In this document: positions 10,079 through 20,342 of the stretch, piece after piece
Numbering within the stretch: the first letter of the stretch is position 1
Layout of the letters: each line of letters begins with the position of its first letter
Assembly: GCA_963740035.1 (NCBI GenBank)
Contig: CAVUDA010000012.1
Coordinates: 41,971 to 105,970, forward strand
Length of the DNA stretch: 64,000 bases
Reading direction: 5' to 3'
DNA from: an uncultured Acidobacteriota bacterium
GTDB lineage: Bacteria > Acidobacteriota > Terriglobia > Acidiferrales > UBA7541
Notes under the pieces: generated by a model
What the model saw: only the letters and a program-made list of their open reading frames with translations
What the model was told of the DNA's origin: nothing
Databases searched by the model: none
Made by a program: the position numbers and the translations under genes

Positions 10079-11929
10079 GTGGTTACCAGGAAGAAGGGAT
10101 TCATGCTGAGAGGTAAAATCTCCATCCCGCCCACGGCGAAGTGTCCCGGGTGCGGCACGGTTCACGCGCGGGCCGCGCTGGAAGCGTGCTTCTACATCTG
10201 CCCGGGATGCAATCACTATATGTCCATGCCTTCACGCGCGCGGATCGCGTTGCTGGCCGATGAAGGAACCTTCCGTGAATTGGACCGCGAGCTTGTGTCC
10301 GTCGATCCGCTCGGGTTTGCGGACCATAAATCCTATCGCGTTCGCCTGGAAGAAGCACGGAAGGAGACAGGAGTCCGCGAGGCCGTCACCGCTGGATTTT
10401 GCCGAATCGGAGGCCACCAGGCGGTGCTGGTTGTTTTCGATTTCGCGTTTTTGGGCGGCACGATGGGTTCCGTCGTGGGAGAAAAAATCGCTCATGCCTT
10501 CGAGGAGGCCACGCAACGCCGAATTCCGCTCGTCAGCGTGGCGGCCAGCGGCGGCGCCCGCGTGCAGGAAGGCATGTTTTCGCTGATGCAAATGGCCAAA
10601 GTCGCGGCCGCCGCTTCCGTGCACGACCGTCAGGAACTTGCCTTCATTTCCATTTTGACGGACCCGACATTTGGCGGCGTTACGGCCAGCTTCGCGTCGC
10701 TCGGCGACATCCTGATTGCCGAGCCGGGCGCGCAAATTGGATTTGTGGGGCCTCGAGTCATCGAACAAACAACGGGCGTCGCGCCGCCAAAGGATTCGCA
10801 CCGCGCCGACACGTTGCTCAAGGCTGGGCTGATCGATCTCGTGATCGGGCGGAAGGATTTGACCGCGGTCACCGCGTATCTCATCGGGCATCTGAAGCGG
10901 AACAAAGCGATGGAGCCGGGGAGTAAGGATCTGCCGCCGGCCGTAAAATCCAAGCATATTACGGCCTGGCAAAAGGTAAGTCTCGCGCGGCACTCGGGCC
11001 GCCCCACGGCAAAGTATTACATTGCGCATATGGCATCGCGCTTCCTGGAACTTCACGGAGACCGGTGGAGCGGCGACGATCCCGCCATCATCGGCGGCAT
11101 CGCCGAATTAAATGGCGACACCGTGATCATGATCGGCCAGGAGCGAGGCGCCACTCCGGAGGAAAAGGCCGCATCGCACGACGGCAAAGCGTACTCGGAA
11201 GGCTACCGGAAATCGCTGCGCCTGATGAGGCTTGCCTCCAAGTTTAAGATTCCCGTCATCACTCTTGTCGATTGCCCAAACGCCCAGGCGAACTACGAGT
11301 CCGAACATCGCGGGATCGCCTTCGCTCTCGCGCGCAACCTCGCCACGATGGCCAACTTGCCCACTCCCATCGTTTCCGCGATTATCGGCGAGGGCGGCAG
11401 CGGCGGCGCGCTGGCCTTGGGCGTTGCCGACTGCGTTTTGATGCTCGAGAACGCGATTTATTCCGTGATTTCGCCCGAGGGCGCGGCCGCGATTCTTTAT
11501 CGCGACGCGGGAAAAGCGGAGGCGGTTTCGGGCGTTCTGAAACTCACGGCGCAAGACCTCCATTCCCTCGGCATCATCGATAACGTGGTGCCGGAGTCCG
11601 AGGGTGGGGCGCATCTCGATCCTGCAGCGGCGGCGGAATCGCTCAAGAGTCACTTGCTTGCCGCTCTGCGTCCGCTTACCGAACTTCCCATGCGCCAGCT
11701 TCTGGATAATCGTTACAAGAAATATCGTCACATCGGCCAGGAAGGCAAGTACTGGAGGGAGCGCGTTCGCAGCGGATTCAGCGACGTGTTCGGCCTTCTT
11801 GCCTACGCCGTATCCAAAATGGAGAAATCCAACCGGAAACCCAAGTCTGCCGACGGCGCACCGCGGCACAGGCCGGAAAAGAGCAGGGCTCCCGTTTCAA
11901 CAGGCCCGAAGCGAGCGGAGCGCGAATAG
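10079..11929 (+). CDS. accD-accA: Acetyl-CoA carboxylase carboxyltransferase, fused beta (AccD) and alpha (AccA) subunits
   Basis: N-terminal half: AccD Zn-ribbon CPGCG...CPGCNHY and FAFLGGTMGSVVGEKI. C-terminal half: AccA motifs LARHSGRPTAKYYI, FKIPVITLVDCPNA, IGEGGSGGALALGVAD. Both lie in one uninterrupted frame with a basic C-terminal tail. Confidence 0.85.
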   Translation: MVTRKKGFMLRGKISIPPTAKCPGCGTVHARAALEACFYICPGCNHYMSMPSRARIALLADEGTFRELDRELVSVDPLGFADHKSYRVRLEEARKETGVREAVTAGFCRIGGHQAVLVVFDFAFLGGTMGSVVGEKIAHAFEEATQRRIPLVSVAASGGARVQEGMFSLMQMAKVAAAASVHDRQELAFISILTDPTFGGVTASFASLGDILIAEPGAQIGFVGPRVIEQTTGVAPPKDSHRADTLLKAGLIDLVIGRKDLTAVTAYLIGHLKRNKAMEPGSKDLPPAVKSKHITAWQKVSLARHSGRPTAKYYIAHMASRFLELHGDRWSGDDPAIIGGIAELNGDTVIMIGQERGATPEEKAASHDGKAYSEGYRKSLRLMRLASKFKIPVITLVDCPNAQANYESEHRGIAFALARNLATMANLPTPIVSAIIGEGGSGGALALGVADCVLMLENAIYSVISPEGAAAILYRDAGKAEAVSGVLKLTAQDLHSLGIIDNVVPESEGGAHLDPAAAAESLKSHLLAALRPLTELPMRQLLDNRYKKYRHIGQEGKYWRERVRSGFSDVFGLLAYAVSKMEKSNRKPKSADGAPRHRPEKSRAPVSTGPKRAERE

Positions 11930-11989
11930 CCTGCGATCACGAATTCGCTCCTTCGCAGGATCAGGCGACAATCCTGGAGGACATCCGGA

Positions 11990-13027
11990 ATGAAAGCCCT
12001 CGTTAAGAGCCGGGCCGAGCGGGGCCTCTGGCTCGAAAATGCTCCCGAGCCCGAACCCGGCATCAATGACGTCAAGATTCGCGTGCTCTGCACGGGAATT
12101 TGCGGGACCGACCTGCACATCTACGACTGGAACGATTGGGCGCGCGCCACCATTCACGTACCACTCGTCATCGGGCATGAATTCTGCGGGGAGATTGTCG
12201 AAGTCGGATCCAATGTGGCGGACCTTCATCCCGGCGATCTCGTCAGCGGGGAGGGGCACGTCGTGTGCGGGCGCTGCCGCAATTGTCTCGCCGGGCGGCG
12301 CCACCTGTGCGCCTACACCCAAGGCGTGGGAGTAAACCGCGCGGGCGCGTTCGCCGAGTATGTGGTCCTGCCGATGATGAACGTGTGGAAGCACACGCGC
12401 CCGATCGCACGCGAGATCGCCGCGATTTTCGATCCCTTCGGAAATGCGGTTCACACCGCGCTTTCTTTTCCCGTGCTCGGCGAGGATGTTCTCGTCACCG
12501 GTGCAGGGCCGATCGGCATCATGGCCGCGGTGGTCGCACGATTTTCGGGCGCGCGGCACGTGGTGATCACCGATGTGAATCCAAATCGCCTCAAACTCGC
12601 GGAAAAGGCGGGCGTCCCGATCACCGTGGACTCGCGAACGACACGACTGAAAGAAGTGCAGAAACGCCTTGAGATGCGGGAAGGCTTCGATGTCGGCCTG
12701 GAGATGTCGGGCTCGCCCGAAGCGTTCCGCGAAATGCTGGAAAATATGTGCCACGGCGGCAAAATCGCCATGCTGGGAATTCCGTCCGCCGAAGTCGCCA
12801 TCGACTGGAGCCGCGTCATCTTCAACATGCTCACCATCAAGGGCATCTACGGCCGCGAAATGTTCGAGACCTGGTACAAGATGACCGTCATGATCGAATC
12901 CGGCCTGGATATTTCTCCGATCATCACGCACCGCTTTTCCTGGCGTGATTATGAGAAGGGCTTCGAGGCCATGCGTACAGGGGAAGCGGGGAAGGTCATC
13001 CTGGATTGGTCTGACGCACGAGCTTGA
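11990..13027 (+). CDS. tdh: L-threonine 3-dehydrogenase (Zn-dependent MDR family)
   Basis: [51 protein letters not shown]...[12 protein letters not shown] and the C-x2-C-x2-C-x7-C structural Zn site. This is very Tdh-like. Confidence 0.9.
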   Translation: MKALVKSRAERGLWLENAPEPEPGINDVKIRVLCTGICGTDLHIYDWNDWARATIHVPLVIGHEFCGEIVEVGSNVADLHPGDLVSGEGHVVCGRCRNCLAGRRHLCAYTQGVGVNRAGAFAEYVVLPMMNVWKHTRPIAREIAAIFDPFGNAVHTALSFPVLGEDVLVTGAGPIGIMAAVVARFSGARHVVITDVNPNRLKLAEKAGVPITVDSRTTRLKEVQKRLEMREGFDVGLEMSGSPEAFREMLENMCHGGKIAMLGIPSAEVAIDWSRVIFNMLTIKGIYGREMFETWYKMTVMIESGLDISPIITHRFSWRDYEKGFEAMRTGEAGKVILDWSDARA

Positions 13028-13188
13028 TTCGGAGCGGTGGACCCTCACGCACGCCACCGGGTTTAACCCTCAGACGGGCAACAGACCCTTTATTTCAATT
13101 CTCCTGTATAATAATTGCCTATACTATTGCAGGTAGGGCCAAGGGATGGGCCTGCCTAGGCTATTTCTGAGTCTGGACGGATACCTTT

Positions 13189-14901
13189 ATGATCAAAACA
13201 GGCGCGCAAATTCTCTGGGAATGTCTGGAACAGCAGGGCGTTACCACCGTATTCGGCTATCCCGGCGGCGCGATCCTGCCGGCCTATGACGCGCTGAAGT
13301 ACAGCAATATCCATCACGTACTCGTCCGCCATGAGCAGGGCGCGGCGCACATGGCCGACGGCTACGCGCGCGCCTCGGGGCGCGTTGGTGTGGCGATCGC
13401 CACGTCCGGTCCGGGCGCCACGAATATGGTGACCGGCATCGCCACGGCCATGCTCGATTCCTCTCCGATCGTGTGCATTACGGGGCAAGTGGGAAGCAAG
13501 CTGATCGGCTCGGACGCGTTTCAGGAGACGGACATTACGGGCGTCACGCTTCCCGTCACGAAGCACAACTACCTCGTCACGCACGCCAGCGAAGTCGCGC
13601 AGACGATCAGCGAAGCTTTCTATGTCGCCCGGTCCGGCCGTCCCGGGCCGGTTCTCGTGGACATTACCAAGGACGCGCAACAGTCCACCTGCGAATTCGA
13701 CGGCAAGCCTGTTGCGCCGCAACTGCCCGGATATCGTCCCGATTTGTCGCCGACTTCCGAGGAGTACAAACAGGCGCTGGAGCTGATCCACAATTCCAAG
13801 CGGCCCGTGATTCTGGCGGGACACGGCATCATCTTGTCCGGTGCGATGGACGAAGTGCGGGCGTTTGCCGAGAAGGCGAATATCCCCGTTGGGCTTACTC
13901 TGCTCGGCCTCGGCGGGTTCCCGGCGTCTCATCCGCTGAGTCTCGGGATGATGGGCATGCACGGTGAAGCCTGGCTGAACACCACGATTCAGGAAGCCGA
14001 TTTGCTGATCGCCTTTGGCATGCGCTTTGACGACCGCGTCACGGGCAATCTGAAAACGTACGCGCCGAACGCAAAAAAGATCCATGTCGAAATCGATCGC
14101 GCCGAAGTCAACAAGAACGTGAAGGTGGACGTGGCACTCGTGGGCGATTTGAAAGGCGTCCTGCGCGAATTGTTGCCGAACCTGAAATCGCAGGACCGCC
14201 ACGAGTGGCTCTCCTATATCGACCGGCTCAAGGGCGACGTCGCCGTGCGCGACATTCAGGGCCTGCCCGACAACGGCCATCTCTACGCCGCGCACGTGAT
14301 CAACGATCTCTGGCGCGAAACGCGCGACAGAGACACGATCGTCGTCACCGACGTGGGCCAGCACCAGATGTGGGAAGCACAGTATTACAAGCACGAGAAG
14401 CCGCGCTCGCTGATCACCTCGGGCGGGCTTGGGACTATGGGATTCGCGCTGCCGGCCGCGATCGGCGTGAAGGCCGCTCGCCCCGAAGCCGACGTGTGGG
14501 TGGTGGTGGGCGACGGCGGTTTCCAGATGACCATGTGCGAACTCGCGACGATGGTGCAGGAAAAGTTGAAGGTCAACATCGCCATCATCAACAACGGCTA
14601 CCTGGGGATGATTCGCCAGTGGCAGGAATTTTTCTACGAACGAAACTACGAAGCTTCGCCGATCCTCAGCCCTAATTTCGTGAAACTCGCGGACGCGTTT
14701 GGGATTCGTTCGGTGGCCGTGACGCAGCGCTCGCAGGTCGTGCCGACGGTCGAGATGGCGCACAAGCACAAGGGCCCGGTCCTGATCGACTTCCAGGTGG
14801 AGCAGGAAGATTCAGTCTATCCGATGGTCGCGGCGGGGGCGGCGCTGCACGAAATGATTCGCCGTCCGAATCCGATTGTCGAGACGGCGACGGACGCGTG
14901 A
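13189..14901 (+). CDS. ilvB: Acetolactate synthase (acetohydroxy-acid synthase) large subunit
   Basis: ThDP enzyme motifs throughout (GYPGGAILPAYDAL, ATSGPGATNMVTGIATA, GLGTMGFALPAAIGVK, GDGGFQMT...NNGYLGMIRQWQ). It is followed by the small subunit. Confidence 0.9.
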   Translation: MIKTGAQILWECLEQQGVTTVFGYPGGAILPAYDALKYSNIHHVLVRHEQGAAHMADGYARASGRVGVAIATSGPGATNMVTGIATAMLDSSPIVCITGQVGSKLIGSDAFQETDITGVTLPVTKHNYLVTHASEVAQTISEAFYVARSGRPGPVLVDITKDAQQSTCEFDGKPVAPQLPGYRPDLSPTSEEYKQALELIHNSKRPVILAGHGIILSGAMDEVRAFAEKANIPVGLTLLGLGGFPASHPLSLGMMGMHGEAWLNTTIQEADLLIAFGMRFDDRVTGNLKTYAPNAKKIHVEIDRAEVNKNVKVDVALVGDLKGVLRELLPNLKSQDRHEWLSYIDRLKGDVAVRDIQGLPDNGHLYAAHVINDLWRETRDRDTIVVTDVGQHQMWEAQYYKHEKPRSLITSGGLGTMGFALPAAIGVKAARPEADVWVVVGDGGFQMTMCELATMVQEKLKVNIAIINNGYLGMIRQWQEFFYERNYEASPILSPNFVKLADAFGIRSVAVTQRSQVVPTVEMAHKHKGPVLIDFQVEQEDSVYPMVAAGAALHEMIRRPNPIVETATDA

Positions 14902-14908
14902 GAAACAT

Positions 14909-15478
14909 ATGCTGAACACATTTGTGGTGCACGTTGAAAATAAGCCGGGCGTGCTGACGCGCGTGGCCTCGCTGTTCCGCCGCCGTGCGTTCAACATCGA
15001 TTCTCTCACCGTCGGCCGCACGGAAAAGCCGGAAGTTTCGCGCATGACGATCGTGGTCGATGCGGACCGCGACCAGGCGCTGCGCGTCGAAGCCAACCTC
15101 TACAAGCTCGTGAACGTGCTGCTCGTTGAGAACATCACGGGGAAGCCTTCGATTTGCCGCGACCTGGCGATCATCAAGGTTTCCGCGCCGCACAACGAAC
15201 GTTCCCACATCCTGGAGGTCGTCAACGTGTTTCGCGCGCGCGTCGTCGATTTCGACACCGACTCGCTGACGATCGAGATGACCGGCAGCGAGGAAAAGAT
15301 CGACCGGCTGCTCAAAGTGCTGCGACCGTACGGCATCCTGGAAATGGTGAGGACCGGCGTTGTCGCGATGCGCCGCGGGACAAAGCTGCAGCAAGAAGCA
15401 GCCGCCGCGGCGGCTGCGGCGTCCGGCAACGGCGCGGCAACCGTCGCTTCCGACGACAACGTTTCCTATTCCGTATAA
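14909..15478 (+). CDS. ilvN: Acetolactate synthase small (regulatory, ACT-domain) subunit
   Basis: MLNTFVVHVENKPGVLTRVASLFRRRAFNIDSLTVG is the canonical ACT N-terminus. Start at ATG 14909, just after the ilvB stop (14901). Confidence 0.9.
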   Translation: MLNTFVVHVENKPGVLTRVASLFRRRAFNIDSLTVGRTEKPEVSRMTIVVDADRDQALRVEANLYKLVNVLLVENITGKPSICRDLAIIKVSAPHNERSHILEVVNVFRARVVDFDTDSLTIEMTGSEEKIDRLLKVLRPYGILEMVRTGVVAMRRGTKLQQEAAAAAAAASGNGAATVASDDNVSYSV

Positions 15479-15665
15479 GACGTTTGCCCGAAGTACACCC
15501 CACCGTTCGCACGAAAGAAGATGTCGCTACAGGGGTGTGGTGTGGCATCTGTAGTAACATTCGATGCGGCGGATCGTGCTCTTCCTTCTGCCCTTCTTCA
15601 ACTTAGAGCGGATCCATTGCTCCTCAGCCGAGTCCCTCCTGGCACTTCGAAAATGGCCTTCGCCC

Positions 15666-15974
15666 TTACGCGATTTCTTGAATGGTCTCGACGTGGATAG
15701 TATTGCTCGCGACATCCACGGTTCCCGTTACTTTGACTTTCTTTCCTTCGTACTGGCTGGCCTTTTCGGCATCGTCCAGCACGTAGGAGAGCTTATTCGC
15801 GGCATCGCTCAAAACGAAATTGTCACCGTTCTAAATGATCGTCCCTGAGAATATTTTTGTTTTTTGCTTGGATTGCTGTTGCATCGAGACCGGAGGCGAA
15901 GCTGCAGAAGCTATTCTGGGAACAGCCGGGAAGACCAGCAGGGCGCCGGCCACGGCAAGCACAATCTTTTTCAT
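15666..15974 (-). pseudogene. Small secreted DUF5818-like protein interrupted by an in-frame TAG
   Basis: Minus-strand reading from ATG 15974 gives MKKIVLAVAGALLVFPAVPRIASAASPPVSMQQQSKQKTKIFSGTII-TAG-NGDNFVLSDAANKLSYVLDDAEKASQYEGKKVKVTGTVDVASNTIHVETIQEIA-TAA. The stop (15831-15833) is in frame (141 nt from the ATG). The conserved domain lies entirely after it and contains no internal Met. Confidence 0.6.
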
Positions 15975-16125
15975 AGGGCACCTCAAAAAATGGTTTGTGG
16001 CTGGATTCATGGAAATGGTGCAAGGAGCGTGCCAGAAGGCAGAATAATGTAAGTGATTATTTTAGTTCAGGTTAGGTTCGGTGGAAACCGGGGCGACGGT
16101 AGTTTTTCCTTCTGACCGGAAGATA

Positions 16126-16935
16126 TCACCACAAGTGGTAGTAGCCGTCCCGTCGCGTAATATCGACCGGGATGCCGAACAGGCGTGAGATTTCTTCCGG
16201 ATTCAGCAAATCCTTTTTCTGGCCGTCCGCCTGAATCTTTCCGTTCCTCATCAAGACGACGCGGTCAATCTCCGGTATGACATCGGAAAGATGGTGCGTT
16301 ACGAGAACAATGCCGATTCCGGATTGGGCGAGCTCGCGCATGGTTTGCCGCAGTCCGTGCTGCGCGAATACGTCGAGGCTGTTGCTCGGCTCGTCGAACA
16401 AGAGCGTCTGCGGATCGTGCACGAGGGCTCGCGCAATCAGGATGCGTTTGGCTTCGCCCGAAGACATTTCCGCGACCGGGCGGTCGGCGAGGTGCAACAC
16501 TCCGATTCGCTCAAGCACGGCGTCCGCGCGTTTGCGTTGGGAGGGTTCGATGGTTTGATGGTCAAAAATGCGCGTGCTGCTGAAGAAGCCCGAGAGAACC
16601 ACTTCGCGGCCGCTCGTTTTGCCGGTGACGTCCTGCATCAAATCATTCGAGACGATGCCGAGGACTGAGCGCAACTCAAAGACGTTCCAGCGCGATTGGC
16701 CCAGAATCGTCATGGAGGAGCCTTCGCGAATCACCGGATAGCACTCGCGCGTGATGGTCTTGATCAGCGTCGACTTTCCGCAGCCGTTCGGTCCCAGAAT
16801 TGCGACGTGTTCGCCGGCCTTGATCCGCAGGCTGAAGTCGTCGAGCGCGACATTGTCGCCTCGAATGACGCGCACATTTTTCAAATCCACAAGAGCGGGT
16901 TCCATGAAGTCTCCAAAGCTCTCCATCATATCCAA
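16126..16935 (-). CDS. ABC transporter ATP-binding protein (orphan, ModF/YlmA-like)
   Basis: Walker A GPNGCGKST, signature SSGEAKR, Walker B LLFDEPSNSLD. There is no adjacent permease. Confidence 0.85.
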   Translation of the reverse strand: MDMMESFGDFMEPALVDLKNVRVIRGDNVALDDFSLRIKAGEHVAILGPNGCGKSTLIKTITRECYPVIREGSSMTILGQSRWNVFELRSVLGIVSNDLMQDVTGKTSGREVVLSGFFSSTRIFDHQTIEPSQRKRADAVLERIGVLHLADRPVAEMSSGEAKRILIARALVHDPQTLLFDEPSNSLDVFAQHGLRQTMRELAQSGIGIVLVTHHLSDVIPEIDRVVLMRNGKIQADGQKKDLLNPEEISRLFGIPVDITRRDGYYHLW

Positions 16936-17043
16936 AACGCCGCTCTATCACACGCAAGATTCGGTATCCGATCGATTGGGACTTCTCGAGAAATCGATGT
17001 GCAATCCCATTGCGCTGGCGGTTCTGCGTGCCGCTGCGAGATG

Positions 17044-17069
17044 AAAAAATCGCCGGCGGGACGCCGGCG
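17044..17069 (-). terminator. Rho-independent terminator after the amidohydrolase gene
   Basis: GC stem cgccggcg / cgccggcg with loop gga (17051-17069). It is followed on the minus strand by a T-run (plus-strand aaaaaat, 17044-17050). Confidence 0.5.
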
Positions 17070-17152
17070 CCACGAAAAACGGCGTGCTTCTTTGGGAAGG
17101 TTGGTTGCGTTCTGCGGGTTAGGATTGGAATAAATAACAGGCGCTAGCGAAC

Positions 17153-18115
17153 TCACAAGCCGAGCAATCGTTGGCAATTCCCTCCGAGGATACGATTCAC
17201 TTCATTCGCCGGCAGTCCGGATTCACCGATGTAGTCCGCCAACAGCTTGAATGCGTTGTCGCGCCAGAAGGGATAGTCGGTTCCGAACAAGAGGTGATCC
17301 GCGCCGAGAGTTTCCCGCGCGCACCGGAGCGCGGACGGATTGCCGTTCACGGTGTCATACCAGAAATATTTTGCCTGGACGCTGGGCGCCATGGCGGAGT
17401 CCGGCAGGAAATGATCCTTCAATTGGTCGAGCCGGGCCGCGAGAAAAGGAGCGAACCCGCCGAGGTGCGGCAAGATGATCTTGATGTCCGGAAAGCGGCT
17501 CGGAAAATTTGCCTGCATGAATTGCAGCAGGCACACCGTGTCTTCGAGCGGCGCGCCGACCGGCCAAACGAGGTTGGTGGACTCGATCAGTTGCGATCCG
17601 AGGCTGCCGCCGATCGGGTGGATGAAGAGGACGGCCTTACGGCGATTGAGTTCGGCGAAAAATCCGTCGAAGGCCGGATCGGCGATGCTCTTTCCGAGGA
17701 CCACGGTGCCTGCCGTCACGCCTACCATGCCGAGTTCATCGAGCGCGCGGCGCGTTTCCGCGATCGCCGCCTGCACGTGCGGCAGCGGAGTGCAGGCGAA
17801 GGCGGCGAAGCGCTTCGGATATTTTCGGACGATGCGCGCGTAAATATCGTTGCCGAGCCGGGCCGCATCCACCGCATCATTTTCCTTCTCGAAATACGGG
17901 AGCTGGCCGGAGACGGAGAGAATCTGCATATCCACTTGGGAGCGGTCCATATTTTGGAAGTGGTCTTCGAGCCCGCTGAAATGGGCGGAATCCAGTTTCA
18001 TCCTCCGGATCAGACCCGTGACGTGACTTCCTCCATACAGGTCCAAACGGTCGAGATATTCCAGGGGAAAATAGTGCGCATGGACGTCGATTCTCACGGG
18101 AACTCTTCCAGTCAT
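17153..18115 (-). CDS. Amidohydrolase-2 family protein (ACMSD-like metal-dependent hydrolase/decarboxylase)
   Basis: The N-terminal IDVHAHYFP motif and overall TIM-barrel amidohydrolase_2 pattern (LFIHP, ILPHLGG, LLFGTDYPF). Confidence 0.75.
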   Translation of the reverse strand: MTGRVPVRIDVHAHYFPLEYLDRLDLYGGSHVTGLIRRMKLDSAHFSGLEDHFQNMDRSQVDMQILSVSGQLPYFEKENDAVDAARLGNDIYARIVRKYPKRFAAFACTPLPHVQAAIAETRRALDELGMVGVTAGTVVLGKSIADPAFDGFFAELNRRKAVLFIHPIGGSLGSQLIESTNLVWPVGAPLEDTVCLLQFMQANFPSRFPDIKIILPHLGGFAPFLAARLDQLKDHFLPDSAMAPSVQAKYFWYDTVNGNPSALRCARETLGADHLLFGTDYPFWRDNAFKLLADYIGESGLPANEVNRILGGNCQRLLGL

Positions 18116-18305
18116 AAGATTTTTAATCCTTGAATCTTGAAACGCGAATCAGGGAGCACGCGCGAGTATACAACGACTCGTTTGCCAACTCATTGCTCTT
18201 CGCAAAACGACGCACGGTCAAATGGGGTCGCCTCGTCACGTTCAATAAAAGCTAAACAGAAGGCACAGAGCACGCAGAGAAAGGGATTGAACTTTTTTTA
18301 ATTTT

Positions 18306-18608
18306 TTGCCGATAGGAAAAGGAGTGAGCGAAAAGAGGACCGAGTTTAGAATTCCACTCATGGCGCGGGTCGATGTCTTGTGGGGAGACGATGACGGGAC
18401 TCCCCGCGTGGCGCCGGCGACGCTCGAAGACACGTCGCACCGCGGCATGAGCGTGCGAATGAAAAATGCGATTCGTGTTGGGTCGCATGTCACGGTCAAG
18501 TGGGGTAGCGAACAGGATTCCGGCACCGTTACGAATTGCCGCCGCGAAAAAGCGGACTACGTCATTGGCGTCAAACGAGACGCTGACGAGGGCGGCGATC
18601 GGAAGTAG
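18306..18608 (+). CDS. PilZ-domain protein (putative c-di-GMP receptor)
   Basis: RxxxR-like KRTEFR and D-x-S-x-x-G (EDTSHRG) motifs with the usual spacing. The real start is probably the GTG near 18324. Confidence 0.5.
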   Translation: MPIGKGVSEKRTEFRIPLMARVDVLWGDDDGTPRVAPATLEDTSHRGMSVRMKNAIRVGSHVTVKWGSEQDSGTVTNCRREKADYVIGVKRDADEGGDRK

Positions 18609-18656
18609 TACGCATCTCGCTTTCGCGTGGCATTTGTGCCGTCCCCCGCCGCTGCG

Positions 18657-20303
18657 TTACTTGCTGGCTTCCCCCGCGGAATCGCCCTTCCCGGCCAGAT
18701 AAAAATAGCCGACTTTGTTGTTGGGTGCGGTTCCGTACCACATCCGCCCCTGCGCATCGCGGAAGAACTCGCGAATGGCCGGTTCGGGATGAGGAAATGG
18801 ATACTCGATGACATTCCCTGTCCTCGGATCAAATCTCGCGATCAAGTCCATGTTGTGGGAGTCATACCAAAGATAGCCGTCGGCATCAAACCCCAGGCCG
18901 TATGGACTCGGATCCGGACCGGGCAGCGGAAATTCCTTGAAGGTCTGCGTCTTCGGGTCGAACCGGGCCATTTTTCCGCCGCGAAATTCGCCGGAATAAA
19001 TCATGCCATCGGGGCCAATTTCCATGCGTCGAGGGTAAGCGTCAGGCGTGGGGAGAGTCCACTGGGAAACCTTCATCGTTTTTCCGTCCACTTTGCCAAT
19101 CTTGCTTACCAGCGGGCTCGTAAACCACACGTCGCCATTTTTATCCGGTTTGACGTCGTACGCATATTCCCCTTCGACAAAGCGGGCGAATTTCCCGGTC
19201 TCCGGATCGAAGCGCGTCAGCGGGACGCCGCTCGTCCAAACCTTTCCGCTCGGATCGATTCGGACCGTGTGCTTCGATCCGCCGTCTTCGATTCCCTCTT
19301 TTCCGGGCAGGTATGCATCTTGATACTCGGTGATCTGTTGCGTTACAGGGTCCCATCTGCCGATCCTGTTCGAGCCTTGCTCGGCAATCCAAACCGAACC
19401 ATCCGACGCAGGCACGGCGGAATGAACTCCGCCTGTGCCGGCGAAGGGAATCGAAAAATCCTTCATCTCAGCCGTTTTCGGATCGAGCCGCGTGATCTTG
19501 TTCGCTAGACCAAAATCGGGAATCCACAGGAAACCATTTTTGTCGGGAGCGGCGCTGAAGGGCATGCGGCTCGGCGCAGGCATGTCGTACTCGACGTACA
19601 CAATGTTCATGGCCTCACTGCTGAACGGCCGCACCGTCTTCTGATAGGCGGGCATGTCCGCCGGAGATTTCGGCAGCACTGAATCCGGACCGAACAGGCT
19701 GTTCAAATAGTTGGCTACTTCATCCGCGTCCTGATCGCTGAAATTCGGGCCTAAAAAGATGCTGAAATGCATGGCTTCCCGCATAAACGCGACGCGGTCT
19801 TTCCAACCGTCCAGGTCTCGCCTGACGGAAGCGATGCGGCTTTGAAATTGATGGCAGATGTTGCAGTGCTCAAAAATTAATTCCTTCCCTTTTGCTGGAG
19901 GCCAGAGCTGAGCCGCCTGGTACTTGGAAATTTCATTCCAGCGCACCGCGCTCTTCTGCAGAGCAAAATTGAACGAAGCATTTTGGTCAGCGGCGAGAGT
20001 CACACCCGAGCGAGGATCGGCGCGGTAGCCCACGGCCCTGATCTGCACGCGGTAATCCCCCGTCGGCAGGTCGGGAATCCGGTAGCGCCCCTGGCTGTCC
20101 GACAAGACGATAACCGTGATTTTGGTCTTCGCGTTCTGCGCCTCGACGAACGCGCCTTGAAACGGCGCCCCGTCCGAGCCATTCACAGTCCCTGTAATCG
20201 TCGCGCCGTAACAGGCTGAACTGAAGAACGCTATCCAGCCGAAGTGGACCAGGATTTTGCTTAGTGACCGCAAGCATTGCTCCTTTTTTTCCGTTGTATG
20301 CAA
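18657..20303 (-). CDS. Secreted CarboxypepD_reg-like domain / single-haem c motif / Vgb-type beta-propeller protein (paralog 1)
   Basis: Signal peptide, then TGTVNGSDGAPFQGAFVEA...GRYRIPDLPTGDYRV (Ig-like regulatory domain). Next a CNICH haem-c motif in a cytochrome-like segment, then repeated propeller blades (NGFLWIP, DGSVWIAEQGSNRIGRWDP, GDVWFTS, GYLWYDS). Confidence 0.75.
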   Translation of the reverse strand: MHTTEKKEQCLRSLSKILVHFGWIAFFSSACYGATITGTVNGSDGAPFQGAFVEAQNAKTKITVIVLSDSQGRYRIPDLPTGDYRVQIRAVGYRADPRSGVTLAADQNASFNFALQKSAVRWNEISKYQAAQLWPPAKGKELIFEHCNICHQFQSRIASVRRDLDGWKDRVAFMREAMHFSIFLGPNFSDQDADEVANYLNSLFGPDSVLPKSPADMPAYQKTVRPFSSEAMNIVYVEYDMPAPSRMPFSAAPDKNGFLWIPDFGLANKITRLDPKTAEMKDFSIPFAGTGGVHSAVPASDGSVWIAEQGSNRIGRWDPVTQQITEYQDAYLPGKEGIEDGGSKHTVRIDPSGKVWTSGVPLTRFDPETGKFARFVEGEYAYDVKPDKNGDVWFTSPLVSKIGKVDGKTMKVSQWTLPTPDAYPRRMEIGPDGMIYSGEFRGGKMARFDPKTQTFKEFPLPGPDPSPYGLGFDADGYLWYDSHNMDLIARFDPRTGNVIEYPFPHPEPAIREFFRDAQGRMWYGTAPNNKVGYFYLAGKGDSAGEASK

Positions 20304-20342
20304 CTGGTTGGATGTAACGGGAGGATCGCCGCCTCCGATTCG

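Noticed and set aside
15831-15833. In-frame TAG read as pyrrolysine or programmed read-through.
   Set aside because: No Pyl machinery or PYLIS-like context is evident, and TAG is used as an ordinary stop elsewhere in the window (for example 3065-3067 and 7498-7500). A nonsense mutation is the simpler reading.
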